From Vicugna vicugna (taxonomy: Eukaryota), in assembly GCA_013265495.1 (NCBI GenBank), contig MU058781.1:8103009-8167008 (forward strand): 64,000 nucleotides of DNA. The letters are read 5' to 3'. The stretch's first letter is position 1. Every line of letters begins with the position of its first letter. Positions 51,236 to 63,975 of this stretch are shown piece after piece. Both the position numbers and the translations under genes were made by a program. Under the pieces are notes generated by a model. It had not been told where the DNA came from, ran no database searches, and saw only the letters and a list, made by a program, of their open reading frames with translations.

Positions 51236-52699
51236 TGAGAGCAGGAGAGGGAGGAAATATCTGCATACCTTGGGATCAGGGCTGTTTTTTGCTCCTTGAG
51301 CTATGAGTCTATTGTTCATGGGTACAGCCTCTAACCAGAGAAACCACACAAGTAATTCATCGAATAGCCCCCACTTTGTCGTCATGCCCTTCCTCAAGCT
51401 CCACGTCTCAGAAGGCTGAATTTGAATCTATTGTTCAGCTCCCACTGCTGACACTAATTGCCCGTACCTGGACAGAACTTTAATCCTTCTCATTTTAGCT
51501 TTACTCTAGCTCTTCCTTCCTGCTTTCACAAACCCCATCGAGCAAGCACATAGGGTCATGCAGACAAGTGCCATTTTAAACTGAGAATCTTCTGTGCTCG
51601 TCTTCTCTTGAGTAACCCAGATTTGAAAAAATATCAATCAGCCATTTCTGCTCGCTCAGCCTGAGCAGAACACTGAGTATGAGGGTTCCAGCTATGCTGG
51701 TATTGTACATTCTATTAACATTATGTTAATTAACTGAAAAGCCACACATTGATTTTCCTTGAGAGGTTCCAAGGATCAGATATCATCAGTGAATGGACCC
51801 AGCTAAGCCTAATTTACTAATGGATTTTTAACTTACTTGGAGAAAAAAGCTTCAAGAGAAAAGTAATTTTCCATTTGCCAGAAGAAATGAAGAACTTACC
51901 TTTTCCAACTGATTTAGAGAATTTCCATATTCCAAGGGAGCCAAAAATAATTTTTATACATAAGCCTTATGTTTCTTCTTTGATTGTTGCCGAAGAGGTC
52001 TAATGGAAAGAATCAATCTTAAAGCAAGACCGCAAGTTCGATTAATTACGGAATATTCAGGGATTGTGGAGCAAAATGAACGTAATTCATTGAACTTGAG
52101 CATTAATATCTGTCAAGGCTCTTAGCAATGCTACATATCAAAAAAGTTTCGTGCTTCTGAAACGCTTATATATTTAGAACAGAAAAAGGAAAATTCGAAC
52201 AATCTAAAGTGTAACACCCTGCTATGCACTGGGACCCAAAAGTGATTGAGCCGTGGTCACTCTTGGTGCTGACGGTCTAATGAAAACAGTCCTTGGGGGA
52301 CCCCTTCAGGGAATGACAGTAGGTGGAATTTAGGGACCAGACTTTGCAAACTTCTCCCTAAAAATCTCTTTACTCACAGTCAGCATTATCACCATCATCC
52401 CTTAGGCTGGTTTCCAGGCAGGTTTCCTTAAAGCACAGTAGTGTGGGAGGTACAAAGAGTAAAAAACTAGTAATGAAGCAGTAGTTTCTGTGAACAGTCA
52501 CAGCACCCTTCTTGTATCACAGCTCCAAACATCTTCCCTGGTTCAGGAGGATACTGGGGGTCCCCAGACCTCATGATGGCCTTTCAGTGCCTCCTGTGGC
52601 TCCAGTGGTGTCGTCTTGCTGTGGTCCTGTCACTCCAGTCCCCACTGAGGCAAAGTTCTGTCTCCTCTTGTGTCAGAGACTACTGCGATTTACCCTAAT

Positions 52700-52839
52700 G
52701 TGTTTCCTCTTTCTCCTGGCACAGCTAGATTGTATTTCCCAGCCTCCTTCACAGGTACATGGCCCCATGATTGAGTTCCAGCCAATAGACTCTGGGAAGA
52801 AGTACCATTTCCTGGCGTGGCCAGTAAAACCTCCCTCAT

Positions 52840-52879
<40 letters not shown>

Positions 52880-52887
52880 CCCCTCTC

Positions 52888-52926
<39 letters not shown>

Positions 52927-53130
52927 CCCCCCCCCCCCCTCTCCCCCCCTTTTTTTTTTTTNNNNNNNNNNNNNNNNNNNNNNNNCCCCCCCCCCGTCTG
53001 GCAGCTAGTTGTTAATGCTCAAGGCACTTGCTGAAGGTGCCAAAGCGTCCCACCAACGGGTCTTCATGTCAACCAATATGAACTGTTAGGTTAAGCCCCT
53101 GAAATTCAGATTTTTATCTGTTTCAGCCAG
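52700..53130 (+). mobile_element. Degenerate MLT1-type LTR containing (CT)n/poly-C and a gap
   Basis: ctggcacagctagattgtatttcccagcctcc...tgattgagttccagccaat...gttaagcccctgaaatt. Confidence 0.55.
52842..52995. repeat. (CT)n, poly-C and poly-T low-complexity tract with 24-N gap (52962-52985)
   Basis: Direct reading. Confidence 0.95.
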
Positions 53131-54270
53131 AGGTATATTTCCTAAAAAGATAATGAAGCTTAAGTTTGGGGACTCCCCCTTACTTTCATGGTCCCCTTCA
53201 AAGAACCAGGAAAATGCCCCGGCAATGATTTCACATGGTCATGATTTTTTCCCTAAAATTTACAGAGTTAAAATATTTTAGTTACAAGGGGTCAAGGCCA
53301 CATTCTCTCTCCTCTTTGATTTCCCCTCCATTATACTTCACTTCACCTTCAAAGGCATTGATTGGAGGGGCCAGGGGCATCTTTGGAATCTGGTGAAGGG
53401 AAGTTTATTTTGGATTTAACGGGATCACTTATCTGGTTCAAAGTCACTTCCAGATGTATTTAAGTTATTGCTAGCTATACCAGTATAGGAATGGCTTTCC
53501 AGGAGTTCTCCTGCCCTCTGTGCTAGTTTACCTGCTGTTCAGACATGCAGGTGGCAGGACCAGAGGCCCTAACTCAGCATGTACAGGTTCTGAGGTGCCT
53601 GGCACAGAGGGATGGGCAGAGTACAGGTTTGAAAGCTGCTCCATCAGAAGCTTCTCCATGGGAATTCTTTCTAACGTTAGGCATGTAAATGGGTAAGCAG
53701 AAAATTTGGTTCTCATCAACATCTAGTCAAAACAGAGATTGTCTTTTGTCAGTGTGTACCATTATAAATGTGCCGTATATTTTTTCCCTTTTATTATAGG
53801 AATCACTCAAAATAGAATCTTTCAGAATTCTTGCGTGTGTTGAGCACACACCGTAGGAGCACTACAAAGAGTGCGTCATTTGCATTGTCTTCATTCTTTT
53901 ATTCATCCTAACAATCAATAATTGAGAATTAATTTTGATTAACCATCCCAGTAGAAAGACCAAATTATGTTTTCATTCTCTCTGTAGAAAGTGATATTAC
54001 AAAATCATTGTCATGTGAAGAAATGATCAAAAAGTAAGCCACCAAAGAAAGGAAGGAAAAAAAAAGTCTTGAGATGTGTCAGACAACTAGTAAAAATATA
54101 TTGTTGTGTTTCTGGGCTTTGTACTACTTTTCAGCTCTTTCAAAGTGTAAGTCATTGTGACCTACCTAATTATTCTAAAGAAATAGTCCCTTTTGTGCTA
54201 TGTTTGTCATTGTGTATTCTTTCCTAAAAGAGCCCTCAACATTTTATAAACCTCAGGCCCCACTAAGTCT
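53126..54270 (+). mobile_element. Zaphod/MER115-like hAT-Tip100 element, internally deleted
   Basis: 5' end taatgaagcttaag...ttcacatggtcat; 3' end aaacctcaggcccca; 53954-54052 translates ERPNYVFILSVESDITKSLSCEEMIKK*ATK, like the end of a hAT dimerisation domain. Confidence 0.8.
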
Positions 54271-54784
54271 CTCCCGGACACAGTATCCTACATCATCCTA
54301 CTGAATAAGTTCAGTGCCACCCAGGGCGCTGTGTCTTGTAGGAGCACTGCCCTCGATCTCAGTAGCCTAGAGCATCTCCAGAGAGAGGCCCCTTGCCCTT
54401 GGCGCACTCCTCACACCAGTTCCCACTTTTGGGAAACGTGGTACAGATTCTCTGAGGCTGGACAGGAAGACAGTATGATGGCATTTTCTCGTCTGCTCAC
54501 AGTGGTCACTCCCTCCTTCCCAGCCAGCCTTCCTGGACGCAGCATGCACACCTGTGTCCTAGCTCCCGGTCAGACACAGCGCCAGTCGTTACTCTCGCGG
54601 GCCAATTGTCAGATTTAATAAAACCAGTCACTGTGCCCCGGCCCTGAGCAGGTCCGGCAAGCCTGAACCTGGCCAGCGTGCCAATTAACCCTGCAACGTG
54701 CCCGGACACGTCTGACATCACAGCAGCTGCTCAGCTCAGACACTTGGCTTCCAGACTTCCTGGCCGAAGAAGTGCCCCTAAGGA

Positions 54785-54930
54785 ATGAAATCTCATTCCA
54801 TCCCGTGAGTGTGTGAGTAGGATTCCTCCCCATGTTATAGATAAGGGAGCGGCGCTTGGAGAGCGTCAGGGACTTTCCCACGGTCAGGAAACCTGCCAGT
54901 CACAGACAGAGTGCTGAAACTGAGTCTGCT
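54785..54930 (-). mobile_element. MIR SINE, GC-shifted
   Basis: aatctcatt...ccccatgttatagataaggg...gactttcccacggtca. Confidence 0.6.
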
Positions 54931-56358
54931 CTGAGGCCCCTCAATCCGTTCAGATAAAAAGCATTGAGTCCAGAAGGATCAGACAAGGTGAAGACATTAA
55001 GACACAGCACGGCTGCTGAGAGTTTTCAGGAGATTCTGGGCTTTTGTTTTGTTTGGCTTTGCTTTGTTTAAGCAAGTACAGAGGAAAAAAGAGTTGGCCC
55101 TTCCACCAGTGGTGGATATGGAGAGGACTGTTTCTTCCTTGACCCACTTAATTCTCAACTGAGAGGGAATCAAATAGATGACCCTATAGCACTTTTCTAT
55201 TTGAAATAATCATCAGCACAACATAACCAGGACAAGAAAATAGGTCCTTCTTCTTCCCATTGTTGTTTATGTTACACAGAAACGCCAACATGTACTCCAT
55301 GCTGTTGTAATATCAATTCAGATGAAAGACTGACTTCTAAGGCTATCATCAAGAGCTTGTAAGAGAGGGAGACGGGAGAAAGGGACGAGGATCTGATTTT
55401 AAACAAAGAGCCTGAACAGCTCCAGAGGCATGAGGTATAATTCACAGCAGAGGAGATGACTCTGTGTTGGAAATATTTCTTGATGAGTCTTTGGTTGAGG
55501 AAAGTGAGCCCCACCTCCACCTGCTACTCCCAGGGCCCAACCAAGGAAAGATGCAGCTGGAAAAGAGCTCCATGTTTTCATAAGAAAATAACAGAATTAG
55601 GAGTTGTTCATTCATGGTTTGAGAGAAATGGGGGTGAGGTAGATGCGGGGACCAGGAAGGAAGGAGGAGAAATATAAGGAAGATCTTGAGGAAAAGAAAG
55701 GGGTCTGAGGAGAGTCCACAAGCAGAAGCCAAAAATGGGAGATGGTGGCTCAGTAAGAAATGCCCTGAATTAAGAAAAATCCACAGAACCTAAAACAGGG
55801 GCATCTACAATTCAGTTTAAAGATTTTTCTGGCAGTGCACTTGCTGTAATGTCATCACCCTCCCATCCCTTCACTTCCCCTGGAACCTCCTCTCAAAATT
55901 CTGCTCTCCTCAGCAGTCCTTGCTAGGACACTGTTGAGAGAAGGGACTGGGGTGGGGTCCTGCAGCGGAAAGCCCATGTTAGGGCAGAGCAGTCTGAAGC
56001 CAAGAGCAGTAACCAGCTGCTGCCCTGGGAGCCCTGGAGAGGGAAGCCCTCAGAAAACGCAAGCAATATCAGAGAATCCTTCTAGCAACGTGTGAGATGG
56101 AGACTCAAACTGTCTTATCTGGCTCTTAAAGGCTGACCACGGCATTTCGCAGAAATTGGGAATGTCTAGGATGTGTGCACATAATATAAAATAGCTCACT
56201 AAAAAGGCTGATAGTAGTCTTTGAATCTTAGCATGAAGCAAAAGACATCATGCAGGAACAGAAGCTGAGAGATCTAAGACGAAAAGCAAGTGACACAGCT
56301 GGTGGCGAGGCTAGGATTCACTCAGATGATCTGCCCCCCTGTTCACACCCCTCCCATC

Positions 56359-56575
56359 TATTATGGGCTGAACTACGTCCTCCCAAAATTCATATGCTGA
56401 AGTCCTAACCCCTTGCCAGTACCCCAGAATGTAACTGTATTGGAAGATAAGAGTCTCTAAAGAAGTAATTAAACTAAAATGAGGTCATTGGAGCAGACCC
56501 TAATCCAGTGATTCGTATTCTTTAAACCACTCAACCTAAGGTGCTTTCTTACAGCAGCCCTAAAAAAGGAATACA
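56359..56575 (+). mobile_element. MLT1B-like LTR with internal deletion
   Basis: ttatgggctgaa...ccaaaattcatatgctgaagtcctaacc...ccctaatcca joined to tttaaaccac...acagcagccc...aataca; TSD ccatc/ccacc. Confidence 0.8.
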
Positions 56576-57323
56576 CCACCGTCCCTCCTCTGGTCACAGG
56601 TCACTGAGGTCAGACAAGTCCTGTCCGCACACGCCAGTGTGGCCCAAAAAAGAAAAAGCAAAAATCCAAAGCATGAGCAAAAATCTTGAGATAATTTGCA
56701 CTTTATATTTTGAGTAATTTGGTCCACCTGCAAACTGAATTTACTCCATATGTACAAGGTATTTTTGCACATAAACTTGTAGTTTCAACAAATAAAAACC
56801 ATGTTGCTGGTAAGAAAAACAATGAAAACAATCCATGCTCTCTTTTGCTCTGCTCTCTGGGAAAGCAAAATATTTGTATTATGTAGGAATAAAAAATATT
56901 TCTAAATTATTTTGTATTAATCATAAAAATTATTTTGTATTTCATTTAATAGTTGAGTTTTTATTTCTAGGTATTTTTATATAGTGTCTAAACTTGTGAG
57001 ACCTAGTTTCTCATCCAGCAGTTTGGAGCAGGGTGGAATAGCTGGCAGTATATTCTTTGTCATGTTGCCTTTAAGATATTTGTAGGTTTGGAGTCAATAT
57101 AATTGGTCTCCACATTTTAAAGTTTTCTTAGTGGAGTCATTATGATTTTTAGCCTTTATCAGTATCAAAAAGACAGTATGAGAACAGGAGGGTACCCACA
57201 AAACTCTATACATGTACAACTCTAATTTTAATTGTATCCAAAAGGTTACACGGTACATGACTTAGAAAATGTGTCAGTTGTCACTTCTGTCTGAAAAGCA
57301 TTGGTCTCACCTATGAGAGTGTA

Positions 57324-57548
57324 CAGTTGACCCTTGAACAACATGAGTTTGAACTGCAGCAGGTCCAATTCTACATGGATTTTTTTTTCACTGAATACAT
57401 ACTATATGACTACACGATTTGTATTTGGTTTAATCCATGCAGGCAGAACCTTGGATAGGGAGGAACCACAGATCCGGAGGGCTGACTGTAAAGTTATACC
57501 CAGATTTTCAAGTGTGGGGGACGGGTGGTCATGCTCAAGAGTCGACTG
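57324..57548 (+). mobile_element. Tigger2-family MITE
   Basis: TA-cagttgacccttgaaca...tgctcaagagtcgactg (TIR 14/17). Confidence 0.85.
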
Positions 57549-57885
57549 AATTTAAAAGTTTTCCAAAACCCAAATTACATGCATCCCAAACAAGTTACCC
57601 TTCCTCTCCCTTCTGATTGTTCCTTCAGAATTAATGCACAAGACAGACCCAGTATTTAGTTTCCTATTTGGCCTACTGGGTACTAACAGAACAAGGATGA
57701 TGTCACCTCTGTCTGGCTCACTTTCTCCTCTGCACACTGGCTCCGACAGGTAGCGGGTGGGGCATGAACAAAAGTGGCAGTCAATCCAAAGAAATGCAGA
57801 GCTAAATGCTGTTGCGTCAATTGGATACAGAAAAAGCAAAACGTAATATAATATCCTTATCTCATAAACAAAACTATTTTTGAGA

Positions 57886-58555
57886 CCAGTACCTCTTAAA
57901 CTTTAATGTGCACAGGAGGGTGTTGTAAATTGCTGTTGGAGGACACAGGGAACACAAAGTGCCCACCAAACTGAGAAGGTATCCTGAGGCCAAAAACTGG
58001 GGGAGGCCATTCAGTATAATCAGTGGATCAGTTTATTATAGGGTAACTGACTCACAGGGTGGGATTGAGTGGGCGAGGATTTGGAAGCATTCACAGCGGC
58101 ACTCTGCCCCAACAAGGGGCCACTGGGACAGTTTTATAGTTATCCTAGGGTATAGGGGTAGGTGCTTGGAAACAGTACGTGCATTCCTAAGTCAGGATTT
58201 ATCAATGAGTAACTAGTCTCGTGGGTGCCAGGAATACGTCAGCAGAGGTCTTCATCATTGTTTGGGGACTAGCAGAGCATAGAGGCCACCTGGTCCTAAT
58301 GATTATTAAACAATATCTATTAACTACAAAGCCCTTCACAACAGAGAAGTGATTTACCACACAGTACAGTCCTGGGACGGGTCAGTGGAAGGACAGGAGG
58401 GACTCTGCTTGCCCGAGATGGCATTAGTTATGCTAACAGCAGTCTAGCTGCAGTCATGAGGAGGGCTGGGATGGGTCCTCAGACTCTGCCTTCATGATAA
58501 ACTCTAAGGTAAGGTTGATGCTGCTGATTTATGAAACATACTTTGAGTGGTGAGA
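57886..58555. mobile_element. MER5A split by a ~510-bp LTR-like insert (57931-58441)
   Basis: MER5A start cagt..cttaaactttaatgtgca; remainder after 58441 (ggctgggatggg...tgatgctgctg...catactttgag). The insert has inverted termini tgctgttgg/ctaacagca. Confidence 0.6.
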
Positions 58556-58639
58556 TTCTAGATACACAGATTTCTAAATCCATACAAATGTAACTAATTA
58601 TTAGGAAAAAATGTAGGAAAACATTTTTATAATGGAAGG

Positions 58640-60050
58640 GTCAGAATTTCTATGGTAGGTTTAAAGAAAAAGACAAACAGGTTTAATGCAGAAAAAGTTT
58701 AAACTTCTTTCTATACAATGAAAACTTCTATGTGATAAACTTGAAGACAAGTAAAGAAACCGATAGCGTATTTCCAACAATTATAACAAAGCTTCCTATT
58801 CGGAATATATAAAGAACTCCTTCAATTCATAAAAAAAGATTAAAATCACAGAATTACAATTTGGCAATAAACATGGAAATTTCATCAACCTTTCTAGTGA
58901 GGAAAGAAATGCAAATTGAAACCGCATGAGATATTTCCTATTCACCCAGTTGTCAAAAATTAAAAACAATGTTATTTGGCATTTTATAACTTGTCATTGT
59001 TAAGTTTAAGGCAATATAGCTCCAAAAGTGGGAATTTTTTTAATCATAGAGTCCATTTAAAGATGAGGAAACTGATACTTAAAGATATGAAATGATTTGC
59101 CCAAAATTATTGACTGTAATAGTATTTAGAACAGCGTCTTCCTCGCTGCCAGTTTAGTTTTGGAGATAAGAGATGCCAGAGTTAAAAATTTAAATGGCAC
59201 ACTGCCGTCCTTAAAACAGCAAGACTTGTCATTCTATGCCATTTATCATTGTTGGTAATGCTGCCAGTGCTTTGTTTTCTATAATAGATGATGAAAATGT
59301 AGAATTCACCTGTTTTGATCATACCTTCTTTATGCATATTCATAGTATATGTATATATAAGTCATTGAGATCATATTGTGAAATAACTGTATAAAACATT
59401 ACCTAAAAGTAAGCATTAGCATTATACAAAAATATTTTCACTGTTAAGAAAATAGAACTTTAATAATTTCTTAATGTTTCATCACACAATAGAGTATGTC
59501 ATAATTTGTTCAACTCTTCCCCAGCATTGGACATTTGGCTGTTCCCTCCTCTTCTTTGCTTTTACTATTCTAAATACCATCTTGATAAACAAATAAATCT
59601 ACGTTGACAACTCAGTTATTATTTCTTTAGGATAGCCACTGAAGAGCAGAATGTGAATCAAAGGGCGGAAACATTTTTAAATCTTTTGATATATATCAGC
59701 AAATTCCTTTCTAGAAAGTTTATGCCAATTAAGGCACGCACGTGTACAAATAGTACCATTTTTAACTAAATAACGTGACTGCTAAAAAAAAAAAACTCAG
59801 TCTAAGTTTTTAGTTTATTAACCACTAGTGAGGCTGAACAAGTTTGCAAGTTTATTAACCCATTTGTTTTCCCTGATGAGAATTTTCATCCACTTCCTCT
59901 GCCCTTATGGCTGTTGGATCTCAGTGTCTTCTTTTTGCCCAGATAAACTTTTTAGCTATGTAGAATGTTCAGTTAGGTCCATCATATTTGTGGCAAGTGT
60001 TTTTTCCCCACATGTTGCCCATTTTTTTTTCTTTTTCATTGAGGTTTTCT
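58640..60050. mobile_element. Decayed old L1 fragments in both orientations, with a MIR near 59050-59150
   Basis: aatatataaagaactccttcaattca, aaagaaatgcaaattgaaacc; gatgaggaaactga; ttggacatttggctgtt, ctagtgaggctgaac. Confidence 0.6.
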
Positions 60051-61547
60051 GAAAGGCCAGTAGTTCTATACTTTTTGATCTGTAACAAATTCTTCTCCAG
60101 TCCTAGTGCTACCCTGGCAGGTCCAGGCGCTTCTGCTCCCGATATTAAACAGCAAGAGCCTTCTAATGATCTCCTCTTGCCACCTCTTCCCTCCTGAACC
60201 CATCCTGCTGGACGGCACCAGATACCTCATCCTGAAACCTGTTCTGAATCATCTTACAACTTGCTTGCAGGCAGCATCAATGACTTCATGCTGATAAACC
60301 TGCATTTGCCTACAGAGAGAATCAGGACCTTTTCTACCCTTATCCAGATCAGGAAATGGTAATTACTTAATTCCCTCTAGGTATCTCTATTAAGGACTCC
60401 AGCCCAGGCTACTCTCTTCCCAGGGTTACTTTAAGCAGATTTCCAAAACATTCTGTCTTTCTCTTTTCAAATCCATTTATTGATTAGTCCAAAGAAGCTA
60501 CCAGTTCCTATCAAATCAAACTGGCCCCTGACTTAAATAAAACCTTTTGTTCCCTGATCACTTTCCCGTCACACAGCGTGGGAGCCTTGTTCTGCTCTGA
60601 GCTATGCTTCTCTTAAATCAGTGCTTTTAGTTCAACATCTCCTGAGTGGTTAGACGGAGGCACCCCTCGCTGTTCTTGAGACTAGACTAGAGTTATCTGT
60701 TCTGCCAAACACCAGAGACACACTGTCTCCTCCAGAAGGTCACCTCTAGGTCATTCTCATGAAAGGAGTGGGTTAAGTTGAAGAGAATGTGACAGCCAGA
60801 GGGCTGGTCTCAAAATGAAATGTGAGTCCCTGGGGTCAACTCACCAGGGTGCCTGCAAGTGTCTAGAGAAGCGAAAAAGTCTCGTCAAGGACAGAGATGG
60901 AGTCAGCAGCAAGGGTCCTTCAGAATGAGTGCCCCCTACTCTGCGGCCTGTGGACTTTGCCCCTCCGGAGACAGTGTCTGAAGGGGTCATAACCCATTCT
61001 TTCACCACAAAAGACACCAGACTTTTCCAGTGCCCGGAAGAATGTGGGGCTGGAGTGGGAGTCTCTCCAAGTTCATTGCCCTGTCTCCTCTCTCTCCAGT
61101 TCCCCACATCTTGATGGGGGCAGGGGGTATCTGACTAATAGATTTGAGTCGTGTAACCTTCTGAAAATGCTAATGAGAAAGAGAAGGGCCCCAGGAAGCA
61201 TCAAATGCTGACATGACTAGAGATGTGTTTGAACCTGTGCAGAGCAAGGTGGCATATTTATCAGGCAATTCTCCAAGCATGCTGGGTCTCCTTGAAGATG
61301 CAGCAAGCACATGAGCTCCTGGATATCACGAATTTTGTGTTTAATGGCGAGATTATTTTCAGTTTAAGTTTCTTTTGCGCCACCATCTGCTGCTACAAGT
61401 TATCCAAATAGGCACAAATCTGCTTTTTCTTTGGAGGTTGTTTTTGGAGGAAGGGATGGGTCATGGGGCAAGAAAGTCAATAACTAACTTTTCTTGTTTG
61501 CTCATTCTCTGCCTCTGCTCTTGCTCTAATCATTTCCCAATATCGTA

Positions 61548-61670
61548 CAGAATCATAGAATTGAGAGTTGAGGAGGACCTTGGAAACCATCAGATCCAAC
61601 CACCTCATTTTACAGATAAGAGAACAAGCCCAATGAGAAGAAACAAGTTGCCTAAGATCACACTTCCAGA
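61548..61670 (-). mobile_element. MIR3-like SINE
   Basis: aatcatagaattgagagttgaggaggaccttggaaaccatc...ctcattttacagataag...ttgcctaagatcacac. Confidence 0.8.
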
Positions 61671-63099
61671 GAGCGGAAATTCCCCCGAGCAGAATGTCCT
61701 TGCTGCCCTCCAGGTTACCAGAGACCAGCACACCTCTCCTTCACTCCGCTTTCCCTCAGCACTTTAGGGTCTACGTGGCCCAGATGTCCCTACAACACCT
61801 GTGGTGTGGTGGCGTCCTTCTCTGGCTGTTTCACAAATATGAGCAAAAGCAAACTTTCATCTTGGACGGTTCTCAGAATTCCTCCCACCTTGCACCCTCA
61901 GGTTCCTAGCTTGTATTGGGTCCCAAGAATCATATATGATCCTTGGTGGGGACAGTACTTCTGTACACAGGTCTTATTTTCCCAGTTGGACTGTTAAGAA
62001 ATTGAAGCATTCTTCCCTGCTGTGCAAGCAATATTCAGTTTGATGGCTGAATTGAAATCTGCAATGAAAAGAATCCAAGCAAATGAGCTCAGACCGCTAC
62101 ACAAAGGAGGGTGCACAGGAGGGGGAAGACGAGAGGAAGGGGTGTGTGTAGGGACGATGCTATAGAAAAAGGAGGTTTTGGCTCCAACTTTGTTGCCATA
62201 GGCAGAGACTCTCCATACAGTCCTGCAGTCTTCACAAAGATGGTTTTTGCTTCACCCAATAGTCATTTTTGTTAGCCCTCCATCTCCTGCCTGGGGCTGA
62301 ATCCCACAGTGCACATAAAAGGCATACCAGGACTCGAGGATTCCCCATCCTGGAAACAAATCCAAAGCTGTTGCATCCTGTGGCAAAAGCACAGACCAAA
62401 AAAATGCTGCCTGGTCACCCCTTCTCATTCTGTTCAGGCCACTGGACACAGCACTTGCCAGCTCCAAATTCACTTTTTGTCCAAAGACTCAATACACCTA
62501 TTGAGAGGGTGTCCAGGAATGGCCTTTCTTCTGTCCCTTTCTGGTGCCTCCAGGCAGAAAGCCCAGCAGGCCCTGTTTTGTGAGCAGCAAGGGGAGGACC
62601 GGGCCACGTGGGGATCCCTCCTCATCTGCATTCAGCTCTCTTGCTTTGCGTTCTTGTTCTCTGCCACAGTAGTGTCCCGTTTACCGAGATCCATCTGTGC
62701 CCAGCACTGTGCTGAGTACTGACAGCAACAGGATAAAGAGAATGGGGATGTCAAGTCTTGGTAGGAGTTCCAAATAGCAACATCCAGAAATCTCACGTAG
62801 AGAAAAGAGTCTAATCACCAGGTACCACCAGCAGGCATCTTTCTGAAGGGGGTCTTCTGCCTACAGTCTGTAGGGGAAGTGTTTTTGCCATCTAATTCCT
62901 CCAGTATGTATAGTTGAGGATTACCTAGAATCTACTTGCTGTTTATTTGCTTGTTTGAATTTTGGACGAATTCCCTCTTTTTATTGCTTTGTATTCCCTC
63001 TCACCTCCTCTTTTCTCTCTGGCATCACTTCCTCCCAGTTTTCAGGGTTAAAGACACATCTTTAGCCATAGTCATATGAACATAGACAAATGTTTATAA

Positions 63100-63392
63100 G
63101 GATACATAAGAATTTTCCTTTTTGTATTTTTTTTTACAAAAATGGATTCATACTAGGTACATTTCCTTCTATCTTGATTTCTCTCTTTTTTTTTTAGCAA
63201 TCCCTGGTGAATGGATATAGTTCTAACTCATTCTTTTTGATAGATGCATTGTATTCCATGGTCAGGTGTACCTCAACTCATCCAATCATTTCTCCACTAA
63301 TGGTCTTTGAGGTTGCTTGTACTACAAATACTGCCACTGTGAACAGTGTTGCTGAAAATTCCTTGTTCCTATGTCCTTAAATGTTGGTATTT
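63100..63392 (-). mobile_element. Old L1ME-like fragment
   Basis: ctcattctttttgatagatgcattgtattccat...atttctccactaatgg. Confidence 0.65.
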
Positions 63393-63394
63393 TT

Positions 63395-63537
63395 CTTTCT
63401 CTTTCTGGCTTTCTTCACTTAGAATGATGATCTCCAGGTCCATCCGTGTTGCTGCAAATGGCATTACTTTATTCTTTTTTATTGCTGAGTAGTATTCCGC
63501 TGTATAAATCCACTGTAGCTTCTTTACCAGTCTTCTG
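63395..63537 (-). mobile_element. Short internal fragment of the young L1 family
   Basis: cttcacttagaatgatgatctccaggtcca is the exact reverse complement of 25783-25810 tggacctggagatcatcattctaagtgaag. Confidence 0.85.
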
Positions 63538-63539
63538 CT

Positions 63540-63662
63540 ATCCCATCAGATTTTGGACTTGCCAAGCCTCCGCAGTCACATGAGGCAATTTCGTAAAAGA
63601 AATCTCTTTGTCTTTATCTCCCTCTCTCCTGTTGACCTTTTCCTCTGGAGAAGACTAACACT
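63540..63662 (+). mobile_element. MLT2 (ERVL) LTR 3' fragment
   Basis: cagattttggacttgccaagcctcc...catgaggcaatttc...aaatctct...tctggagaa. Confidence 0.7.
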
Positions 63663-63664
63663 TC

Positions 63665-63975
63665 ATGCAACTGAATACATTTATTCAACAAACTGTGATT
63701 TGTGTGCCAGGTGCTGTGCTAGTGCTGGTGACAGGAGGGTGACTCAGAGAGAGCCCCTGCCTTCAGGGAGCCTGTGAGTAAAGTGAGAGAAAAGGTAAGA
63801 AGTTGGCAGAATGAAGTGTTGCAGGTGCCACCCTCATAGTAATAGGGACCCCAAGAAGGAGCGGAAAGTTTGGTGGGTGGGATCACAGGAGTTGCCTAGA
63901 GAAAAGGACAGCTGGATTGATCTTTTGCTTCTTTTTGGTGGAAGGAGTGAGCAGCAATGGTCTGTAAGGCCCAGA
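63665..63975 (-). mobile_element. L2 3' end
   Basis: catttattcaaca...tgtgccaggtgctgtgctagtgctgg...ccctgccttcagggagc. Confidence 0.75.

Noticed and set aside
52817..53008. Poly-proline ORF and G-quadruplex-like poly-C run
   Set aside because: Low-complexity sequence abutting an N gap; probably poor base calls within a (CT)n microsatellite.
54315..54332. CTCF-like gccacccagggcgctg (similar near 18425 and 53545)
   Set aside because: Spacing or core mismatches against the CTCF consensus; not distinguishable from background.
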